64,000 bases of DNA from Patescibacteria group bacterium (lineage in GTDB: Bacteria; Patescibacteriota; Microgenomatia; UBA1400; PJMF01). The translations under genes were made by a program, and so were the position numbers. Each line of letters starts with the position of its first letter. The stretch's first letter is position 1. Below are positions 8,961 through 16,425 of the stretch, in pieces. Location of the stretch: assembly GCA_045541795.1 (NCBI GenBank), contig JAZQJV010000009.1, forward strand, positions 7,460 to 71,459, given 5' to 3'. The notes below the pieces were generated by a model. It had not been told where the DNA came from. It worked only from the letters and a program-made list of their open reading frames with translations, and made no database searches.

Positions 8961-10280
8961 TTACGCCTGAGCGGCCATTGCTTTTAACATCGCTAAGTTT
9001 TGCTCGCGCAGGGTCTGGATGTCTAGATCAATATTGCCGTCAAGGCGTGGCTGACAGCGCAAGAATTTCTTGAGATCCTCACGAGTGATGACAAACGTCT
9101 CACTGGCCCAGCGCGGCTTGACTTCTACCCTATCGGCACCTAACTTATCACTGACTACCAGGCGGTAAGGACAGCCGATCAGATCAGCGGCAGCAAATTT
9201 GGCGCCAGGAGTAAGGTCACGGTCATCAAAGATGCATGAGGTCTGACCGGCGACATCCAAGCCTAGCTCTAAGCCGGCGGCAATTTCTTGCCCCTGTGGC
9301 CCAACTCCGATCAGGTAAAACTGAGCAGGAGCGACGGTTTCTGGCCAAATGATACCTTGCTCATCATGAGACTTTTCTACAATAATGCCCATACACCGGG
9401 AAATACCGATGCCGTAGCAGCCCATGTATGGCAGAGCTTTTTGGTTGTGACGGTCGGTGTATTTAATGTCAAAAATCTCGCTGTAGTGCTGGCCAAGGTC
9501 AAAAATATTACCGGCCTCACTAGCCCTGGCGGCATGAAGCGGAGCACCACAGTGAGGACATTTGGTCATATCACCAGCAATTTCTTTATTGATACAGTAG
9601 TCACATTCGTCACAATAAAGGATGTCATCTTCACCGGCGTCCGTCAGGACCATAAATTCATAAGAAACTTTATCCGTGAAATTACCGCCGCTGGCTTCGG
9701 TGGCCTTGGCCACGAGACCAACGCTGTGATAAAAATCAAGGTAGGCTTTTTTGACGCGCTCGTAGTACTCAAGCATTTCTTCGTGCGTCTCATGGAAAGA
9801 ATACATGTCTTTCATCAAAAATTCTCGGCCGCGCAGGATACCAGACTTGGCGCGCAACTCATCACGGAATTTCCACTGGATCTGGAAAACGCTTTTGGGC
9901 AGATCTTTGTATGATTTGATGATTTCGCCCATCAGCGGAGTGACGATTTCTTCGTGAGATTGGCCGAGAGCGTACTGCTTGCCCGTTTGTGATTCGATGT
10001 GGAAAAGGACGTCAATATTGTCCCAGCCACCGGATTTTTTCCATGGTTCCGAAGGGTGTAAAGCAGGCATGTGGACTTCAGCTGAGTCGACGGCTTTCAT
10101 GTGGGCGCGGGCAATTTCACTGATGCGATTGAGAATGAGCAAGCCAAGCTCGGTATACGTGTAGACGCCGGCCATAGTCTGGCGCACAAAACCGGCTTGC
10201 ACCAAGAGGCGATGATTGACGGTATCGGCTTTGGCGGGCGCTTGTTTTAACGGAGTAAATAATTGCTGAGACATTTTCAT
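8961..10280 (-). CDS. proS: Proline--tRNA ligase (bacterial short type without the editing insertion)
   Basis: 439 aa. Class II motif 2 is FRDELRAKSGILRGREFLMKDMYSF. GIGISRC and the anticodon-binding domain give the ProRS pattern. Confidence 0.85.
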   Translation of the reverse strand: MKMSQQLFTPLKQAPAKADTVNHRLLVQAGFVRQTMAGVYTYTELGLLILNRISEIARAHMKAVDSAEVHMPALHPSEPWKKSGGWDNIDVLFHIESQTGKQYALGQSHEEIVTPLMGEIIKSYKDLPKSVFQIQWKFRDELRAKSGILRGREFLMKDMYSFHETHEEMLEYYERVKKAYLDFYHSVGLVAKATEASGGNFTDKVSYEFMVLTDAGEDDILYCDECDYCINKEIAGDMTKCPHCGAPLHAARASEAGNIFDLGQHYSEIFDIKYTDRHNQKALPYMGCYGIGISRCMGIIVEKSHDEQGIIWPETVAPAQFYLIGVGPQGQEIAAGLELGLDVAGQTSCIFDDRDLTPGAKFAAADLIGCPYRLVVSDKLGADRVEVKPRWASETFVITREDLKKFLRCQPRLDGNIDLDIQTLREQNLAMLKAMAAQA

Positions 10281-10340
10281 ATGAGCTATATTGTATCACG
10301 AAAAGGGGAAATTATTCTAGCAATTTTTGCGACTATTGGT

Positions 10341-10494
10341 TAATCTTGCATTTTGTGTGGCATGAAATGCTACACGTGTGGCATTACTTTGCGATTTTCG
10401 CCTGGAAAATATATCATAAACTGTGTGGCATTTTACATGTTTTGTGTGGCACTGGCGTATTAGCGTGTGGCATTTTGAGTACAAAATGTGTACA
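10341..10494. repeat. 154-bp iteron-like GTGTGGCA module, copy 2. It lies between the proS start and the tRNA-Arg 3' end.
   Basis: Near-identical to 13..166 and in the same orientation. Confidence 0.9.
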
Positions 10495-10518
10495 ATTTTA
10501 ACTTTTATGGCCTTTTAA

Positions 10519-10595
10519 TGGTGCGTTCGAGAGGACTTGAACCTCCAACCTACGGCTCCGCAAGCCGGCGCTCTATCCAGTTGAGCTACGAACGC
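10519..10595 (-). tRNA. tRNA-Arg (anticodon GCG inferred), 77 nt with encoded CCA
   Basis: Cloverleaf folded by hand. Acceptor stem GCGTTCG/CGAACGC, D-arm GCTC-AACTGGATA-GAGC, anticodon loop TTGCGGA, T-arm GGAGG-TTCAAGT-CCTCT, discriminator A plus CCA. A TGTGTTATAAT promoter lies 8 nt upstream. Confidence 0.8.
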
Positions 10596-10691
10596 ATATA
10601 GCGTATTATAACACGGAAAAACGGTTTTGGCGAGACCAATTTGGGTATGTTGACACTGATCAGGCAAAATGCTGCAAAGAGGAAAGGAGCG

Positions 10692-11306
10692 TTAGTCGCC
10701 AGTGAAGTTTTTGCGCCACCAGTCGGCCCACTCATCTAAGCGGCCACGGGGCGGAGCTTGATTGATCAGGTAATGATCGAGAACCTTGATGAGTTGTTTT
10801 TTGTTGCGCGGGTGGCCGACGAGCATTACCACGTGGAATGGAAAACGGCGCGTCTCAATGATGACTTGTTCTTGGCCTTGACTAGTCTCAAACCAGTAAC
10901 GCTTGCCGCGCTCGAGCCAGGGGAAAAAGCGGCCGCCAGAATAAATGCCGTAATTGGTGATGGTATGGCGGATTTTTTGTGGGGGGACATTGGCCAGGAC
11001 AAAGCCTAAAAAAATGAGCGCCAGCACCACGATCAAAAGTGCCATCCGGCTCAAAAAGACGAGCAACAAAACGATAAGAACCAGCAGTAAGGTCATATTG
11101 CGCTTGTATGACGGTGAGAGACGAGGGTTGTAAACTCTTTCTGGCGAGACCCAGGTAAAAAGTTGTTTTTCCTGGAAATCAGGGACGTCTTCATAGTCAC
11201 GCTGGATGCCACGCCAGACGTCACGAGCTTCGGCCTGATCCATAGTAATACTACCATAAGTAGCTTCTTGGAGCGCTTGGTCAGACAAATATACGCTGTC
11301 TCGCAT
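10692..11306 (-). CDS. Hypothetical membrane protein (two central TM helices)
   Basis: 204-aa ORF with a hydrophobic core LLLVLIVLLLVFLSRMALLIVVLALIFLGFVL. It is tightly packed upstream of the phosphotransferase gene. Confidence 0.5.
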   Translation of the reverse strand: MRDSVYLSDQALQEATYGSITMDQAEARDVWRGIQRDYEDVPDFQEKQLFTWVSPERVYNPRLSPSYKRNMTLLLVLIVLLLVFLSRMALLIVVLALIFLGFVLANVPPQKIRHTITNYGIYSGGRFFPWLERGKRYWFETSQGQEQVIIETRRFPFHVVMLVGHPRNKKQLIKVLDHYLINQAPPRGRLDEWADWWRKNFTGD

Positions 11307-11313
11307 GTGTTTA

Positions 11314-12510
11314 TTATACCACTTTTTGGGCTGTCTGGCTGGATAATTTCATATAAATGAGGAAGGCAAAAACGAGACCTGAGACCAGAAGGAAAGCCGC
11401 GATCTTGCCCCAGGTGGGTAAAACTTGAGCAAGGATGCCCATAAGTAGAGTGGTACACCAGTAAAAAACCGCGATGCGCCGCCGGCCCCAATGGAGGCGG
11501 TCTAGCAGTTTGTGATGCAGATGGCCACGATCGCCTAAAAAGATTGATTTACCGGCAATAAAACGGCGCAAGATCGTGAAGGTGGCATCGGCTATCGGGA
11601 GTGCCAGTACCATGAAAAGGGTGGCGATTTTGGCGCCGGCCATGATAGAAATGACGGCCAGGAGGAAACCGGCGAGACTGCCGCCACCGTAGCCCGGCAT
11701 GATTTTTTGGGGGTAGAAATTCCAGATGAGGAAACCGGCAAAGCTGCCAGAGACGATGAAAGCTAGCGGTGCCGCCTGGGTGTAAAAACCTTCGCGCAGT
11801 GACAAAACACCTACCCAAGCAGCTGCGATTGCAACTGTGCCGGGCATTTGGCCGTCAATGCCTTTAGACCAGTTGACGATATTAGTAAGCGCCACAATAT
11901 AAAATATCGTTAGTGTCGGCGGTATCCAACTCCAGGATGTCAGGTCAAGTACACCACCGAAAGGATTGGTGACATAATTAATAATCACTCCCCCGGCGAT
12001 GACGATGCAAGCCGCGATGATATTGACAATCAGACGAGGATAAGGCTTAAGATCGAGGATGTCGTCAAGAAAGCCGACAATGACAAGAAGCAAGGCAGCT
12101 AAAATGATAGCATCATACCTGACACTTGAATTAATGTATTTATCGTAATTACCTAAATATGATGGGTTTAATTCATCTAATATACAATCTCTGCCAGACA
12201 AACCACCAAACAGACAACTAAAAACACCCACACCAACTAGCATGACTATTATCCTTAAAAACAGCATAAATGCTATTGCCGTGAAAGAAATACCGCCAAA
12301 AATTGCCAGTCCGCCGCCACGAGGAATTTGCCCATGATGAGTATCCTTGATACCTTGGCGGTGGCCAGAGTGCGGTTTGTCCCAGCCGTGACGACGATAG
12401 AGTTTGATAACTCGCGGAACAAGTAAGTAAGTGACACCAAAAGCACACAACCAAAGAGCCGGCATACTAGTAAAAATTGGTATTAAGATTTCCCAAATGA
12501 AGCGTATCAT
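11314..12510 (-). CDS. Polyprenyl-phosphate sugar-1-phosphate transferase (MraY/WecA/TagO family, GT4-type)
   Basis: 398-aa multi-TM protein with a DKPHSGHRQ..IPRGGGLAIFGG motif, which is WecA-like (SH..xPRxGGxAI). Confidence 0.7.
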   Translation of the reverse strand: MIRFIWEILIPIFTSMPALWLCAFGVTYLLVPRVIKLYRRHGWDKPHSGHRQGIKDTHHGQIPRGGGLAIFGGISFTAIAFMLFLRIIVMLVGVGVFSCLFGGLSGRDCILDELNPSYLGNYDKYINSSVRYDAIILAALLLVIVGFLDDILDLKPYPRLIVNIIAACIVIAGGVIINYVTNPFGGVLDLTSWSWIPPTLTIFYIVALTNIVNWSKGIDGQMPGTVAIAAAWVGVLSLREGFYTQAAPLAFIVSGSFAGFLIWNFYPQKIMPGYGGGSLAGFLLAVISIMAGAKIATLFMVLALPIADATFTILRRFIAGKSIFLGDRGHLHHKLLDRLHWGRRRIAVFYWCTTLLMGILAQVLPTWGKIAAFLLVSGLVFAFLIYMKLSSQTAQKVV

Positions 12511-12923
12511 ATCACCACCAATACAGTCCGCAAAAGAACTGCCAAAATGAGTACCTGGACACCGATCGTGAAGTATGCAAAACAGGTCAAAAGCAGAGTG
12601 TCATATTTGCGACCAAAGTAAATGACTAAAGCGTGAATCAAGTCAATGATAAAAGCGAGCACTGGCAGCAGGAAAATGTAGATGCGGTCGGCCAAGATTT
12701 GTTCGACATCGGCGAGCCCGCCAAAAAGCGGGATCTGAGGCGGCAGGAGACGGTAGAAAAAAATGCTGAAAAATACGGTAAAAATTGCCACCGGCACGGC
12801 ACCAAAAAAGTACGGCCAATAGTAAGAACGCAAAATGGGCGCGGTAGAAACGCGTTTTTCGGCCAAAGGCGTAGTGGTGGGATTGATGATGATTTTTGGT
12901 TTTGTAGGCTTGGGCATGGTCAA
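12507..12923 (-). CDS. Small integral membrane protein (4 TM), in the glycan operon
   Basis: 138 aa. Hydrophobic. 4-nt overlaps with both neighbouring genes. Confidence 0.5.
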   Translation of the reverse strand: MTMPKPTKPKIIINPTTTPLAEKRVSTAPILRSYYWPYFFGAVPVAIFTVFFSIFFYRLLPPQIPLFGGLADVEQILADRIYIFLLPVLAFIIDLIHALVIYFGRKYDTLLLTCFAYFTIGVQVLILAVLLRTVLVVI

Positions 12924-14551
12924 ACTTTCTTGGTGACTTTGTACTCCATGTATTTGCCGAGCATGAGCCGGGTGTGAGCATCAATACCAGGCAAGGCGGT
13001 AAAAAAGAATCCTAAAAACGGGAACAGAATGAATTCGAGCGGTTGCTTGATGTAGGACCAGAGCGTGCGCCGGTGGGGCGGCTCAGGACGGTTGGCAGCG
13101 TCAATAATGATAATGGTAGCCAGCGAAATAAGAGCTAGCGTCAGCAAAAAGGAGGAAACTTGAGGTAAAGTTTTACCCAGAAGGGTGCGGTTAAATTCTT
13201 CATTGAGAAAAGGTGGCAGCAGGGCGGAAATAGTGATAGCAAACCAATTGACCGGCCAGAGAAAATGATCTTCGACCACTTTGAGCACGCGCAGAAAGCG
13301 GTCGGCAAAATTTATTTCGTCATGGATGATGAATTGCTTGATGATGTAGGCATCGTCAGAAACACCCCACGCCCAGCGTTTGAGTTGTTCGTATTGATTA
13401 ATCATCGTGCCCCAGAAGGTTTCTGTTTCTGGCATATCGGCGTAAATCGGTAAAAAGACGGGCCGGACGGTAAAATTACCTTTTTTGGCAAAAAATGACT
13501 TGAAAAAGAAGCGATAATCTTCGGGAATAACATCGGTGTCCCAAAAACCGATGTCGCGCATATGCTTGAGACTGGTGGAATAAGTAGAAAAATTGATCAG
13601 TCGGTCTGAGCGCATCAGGATGTACATTTGATTGACAGAAAACATAGCGCCGAGAACGCGGATAGGAGCGGGGACTTTCCAGATATTATTGTAAAAAACT
13701 ATGCTGCCCTGCCAGGTGGCGTTGTAACGCTCGCTGGCTTTGAGGCTGAGAAAGTCGTAAGTCAGTGCGGAGAAATAGTGGGAATGGAAAATGGCGTCGG
13801 CGTCTTCACTGGTGATGGTCACTTTTTTGATGTCTAGGCCGCATTCATCAATGAGTTTTTTGGTGCCGTACTTGCCGCCCCAGGCATTGTTGCTGGATTT
13901 ACCTTTAATTTCGCCGTCTATATCCGGATGAAAACTTGTCCAGAGATGACCAAAGGTGCGAGCGTACTTTTTTTTGAGGAGACGGGCTTTTTCCCGTCCC
14001 CTCTCCCCTTCTCGCTGCTCGAAGGCGATCACGATGTGGAGATTTTGCCTGGGAAAAGACTGACGACTGAGGTGGTCGAGTGTACGCTCAAGTGTGGTAA
14101 GTGGCTCAGTGTAAGTAGGAATAATGATCAAGTGATGGATTTGCCGGTATTTATCGCCAAATGTGTGCTGCAGATCACCGATCCAGTCATGACGGCGGCT
14201 GGCCTGGAGCCGGAAATGAGCAGCGACGGCTAAAATCGCCATCACGGCCGAGCGATACAGCCAGTAGACAGTAAAGGCAATGACGTAATAAGCGACTAGC
14301 TGCGGACAAACGTAAGAACCCCAGATCGGGAAAAGGATGAGTGACCACGAAATGAATCCCGGCAGGATTTCGAGAGCACGTTGCGTCCGCACAGGATGAC
14401 GCAAAAAATATTTTTTCACCATGGTCATGTGCCCTATTATACCACACTGTGAGCTGTTTAGCGCTCGCGCTGCCAACAAGTGCCGGGCCCAGACAGAGTA
14501 AATGACAAAGTATGACTGGTCTGCTCGCCAGCTACCAAGAAGACGCCCCAT
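12920..14551 (-). CDS. Membrane-bound family-2 glycosyltransferase (cellulose-synthase-like, processive type)
   Basis: 543 aa. N-terminal TM helices, a GT-A domain, and the QxxRW motif (YEQLKRWAWG). The true start is possibly the internal MTMVKKYF. Confidence 0.75.
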   Translation of the reverse strand: MGRLLGSWRADQSYFVIYSVWARHLLAARALNSSQCGIIGHMTMVKKYFLRHPVRTQRALEILPGFISWSLILFPIWGSYVCPQLVAYYVIAFTVYWLYRSAVMAILAVAAHFRLQASRRHDWIGDLQHTFGDKYRQIHHLIIIPTYTEPLTTLERTLDHLSRQSFPRQNLHIVIAFEQREGERGREKARLLKKKYARTFGHLWTSFHPDIDGEIKGKSSNNAWGGKYGTKKLIDECGLDIKKVTITSEDADAIFHSHYFSALTYDFLSLKASERYNATWQGSIVFYNNIWKVPAPIRVLGAMFSVNQMYILMRSDRLINFSTYSTSLKHMRDIGFWDTDVIPEDYRFFFKSFFAKKGNFTVRPVFLPIYADMPETETFWGTMINQYEQLKRWAWGVSDDAYIIKQFIIHDEINFADRFLRVLKVVEDHFLWPVNWFAITISALLPPFLNEEFNRTLLGKTLPQVSSFLLTLALISLATIIIIDAANRPEPPHRRTLWSYIKQPLEFILFPFLGFFFTALPGIDAHTRLMLGKYMEYKVTKKV

Positions 14552-15663
14552 TCATTCCAGATTTCAGCCCGGCTATCACTGATAGTGCGGTAGTCGGGAT
14601 GAGTCGCAGGAACAGCGTCCCAGGTCAGTTCCTTGATAAAAACATCTGGCGGCAAAAGCAGCCGGAAATAATTAACCCAAATCTGGCGCTCGGTGACAAG
14701 TGCACCGCTAACAAATGGATTGTCATTGATCACCTGGACGCTATAAGTGGCAGTAGAAGTGCCGTCTGAGTGAGTGGTGATTTGCGGCTGGTGCCACTCC
14801 AGACGAGTGTAATGATCGGCTTTATTGATACCGACATTGCTTGGCACTGCGTAAAAATTGTTACAGTTTTTTTCTTGATACATACGTCCATCTATGCCTA
14901 TTTGTACAAAAAATGTCTCAATAAAAGCGTGAGGCGAATAAGCTTGGTACAAACGGTCTGATTTGGCGGTGTACAGTACTTGCAACACTTCAAAGCGCTG
15001 AGCAAATGACAAACTAGCCCAGGTATCACTAACAAGTCCGGCAAAATGGCGCAGAAATCTGGTTTTGGGGAGGCGTGGGAAGGCGGTAAGCTGGTGATCG
15101 CGCCTGGCGATGGTAGTAAAATTATCGGCCGTGATAAGCGTGCCGTGCTCGTCACGCAGATTATAATCTGACAAATGAGACTGCAAGTAAGCCAAAATCC
15201 TTTCTACCAGTGTAGAGTTGACGGCGATCACAATGTCGGGAGCGGGAAGGCGCGCTTGCTGTAGTAAAGCGCTGATCGTACTCGCGCTCAGGGCAAAGTC
15301 ACGCTCCCAGTTGGCATCTTGTAACTGAAGCCGGGAGCGACCGCCACTGAGATAACGCCGGGCGGCGGCGGGCGCAGGCGGGAAATGGCCTATTTGGGCT
15401 TGTAAATCGTAGACGTCATAAAAGTGATAATGATTGATCTGTGCACCTTGACCTTCCACCCACAGCAGTGAACCGAAAAAACCTCCGGTGGCCCGCACTT
15501 CGTCTGCGTTTTGGAAAATGACAGCGGTACGCCAGGTGTAATGAGCAAAAATGAGATAGACACTGATAATTTCAAGCAGCAGACCGAGCAAAACGCCGCC
15601 GCTGATGACAATCCAACACGGTAGATTTTTAATTGTCGTCAAAAGTGATCTTTTGGATGGCAT
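14458..15663 (-). CDS. Membrane-anchored hypothetical protein (possible DUF4012-like, as found in cell-wall glycan clusters)
   Basis: 401 aa with an N-terminal TM helix and an ATGGFFGS motif. The family assignment is from memory only. Confidence 0.45.
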   Translation of the reverse strand: MPSKRSLLTTIKNLPCWIVISGGVLLGLLLEIISVYLIFAHYTWRTAVIFQNADEVRATGGFFGSLLWVEGQGAQINHYHFYDVYDLQAQIGHFPPAPAAARRYLSGGRSRLQLQDANWERDFALSASTISALLQQARLPAPDIVIAVNSTLVERILAYLQSHLSDYNLRDEHGTLITADNFTTIARRDHQLTAFPRLPKTRFLRHFAGLVSDTWASLSFAQRFEVLQVLYTAKSDRLYQAYSPHAFIETFFVQIGIDGRMYQEKNCNNFYAVPSNVGINKADHYTRLEWHQPQITTHSDGTSTATYSVQVINDNPFVSGALVTERQIWVNYFRLLLPPDVFIKELTWDAVPATHPDYRTISDSRAEIWNEWGVFLVAGEQTSHTLSFTLSGPGTCWQRER

Positions 15664-16399
15664 CGCCGACCTCCAAGCGCGGCAAAATTTCTAAGCCCTC
15701 ACTCACCCGGCCAAAAATTGCATGACGACCGTCTAAATAGGTCAGCGGCGCGAGCGTGATAAAGAACTGACTGCCGCCAGAATTTGGATAGCTGCCGTCT
15801 AGATTGATATTGGCCATAGACAGATAGCCGGGGCCGTCATGACTAAGCCCGGCGCCAAATTCGTCCTCAATCCGGTAGTCAGGATAACCGGTGCCCAAAG
15901 TGTCGAGTACAACCGGGTCAGTGACGCCACGACTAGCCGGGTCGCCGATTTGAGCCACAAAGTTTGGCACCACCCGATGGAAATGCAGATCATCATAAAA
16001 ACCAGTGCGCGCCAGCGTGACAAAATTGGCGACAGTAAGCGGCGCTAAACTCTGGAATAATTCCACCGTGAGCACACCTTTGGAAGTGGTAATGTGGGCT
16101 GTCTGGGCGGAGCTACTGGCTGGGAAATCCTGGAGCGTTTTGAGCGGCAAGTGCATAGCGCTAGGACCAGTGACGTCCGTGGTAAAATTGTAACTGTCTG
16201 ATCCCATTTGCTGGCCGTCCGCCAGCTCCATGCGAGAAATGTCACTGGTAGATGAAGGGACGACGGGCGTAGTAGAGCTTACCTTGGGCTTGTGGCTGCG
16301 GGCAATATTGACCAAAAAAAGACTGACCAAAAGAATAATCAAGGCGGCTAAAACGAGTAGCCCAGCACGGTTGAGACTAGTGAGTTTTTTTGTTTGCAT
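15629..16399 (-). CDS. Cyclophilin-type peptidyl-prolyl cis-trans isomerase, membrane-anchored
   Basis: GVLTVELFQSLAPLTVANFVTLARTGFYDDLHFHRVVPNFVAQIGDP is the cyclophilin signature. It has an N-terminal TM helix and a Ser/Thr linker. Confidence 0.85.
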   Translation of the reverse strand: MQTKKLTSLNRAGLLVLAALIILLVSLFLVNIARSHKPKVSSTTPVVPSSTSDISRMELADGQQMGSDSYNFTTDVTGPSAMHLPLKTLQDFPASSSAQTAHITTSKGVLTVELFQSLAPLTVANFVTLARTGFYDDLHFHRVVPNFVAQIGDPASRGVTDPVVLDTLGTGYPDYRIEDEFGAGLSHDGPGYLSMANINLDGSYPNSGGSQFFITLAPLTYLDGRHAIFGRVSEGLEILPRLEVGDAIQKITFDDN

Positions 16400-16425
16400 A
16401 AGTCCAGTATACCATAATGTATGGC

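Noticed and set aside
7850-9914. Long antisense ORFs inside uvrD and proS (8034..8666, 7853..8389, 9288..9914), and similar antisense ORFs inside secA, bipA, uvrA, rny and the SBP gene
   Set aside because: They fall on the opposite strand of well-supported conserved genes. They have no promoter or RBS signals. They are typical shadow ORFs.
13-10595. tRNA-Arg-adjacent genomic island bounded by the 154-bp direct repeats
   Set aside because: The repeats do not include tRNA sequence. The 10-kb interval contains core housekeeping genes (proS, uvrD). No integrase is present.
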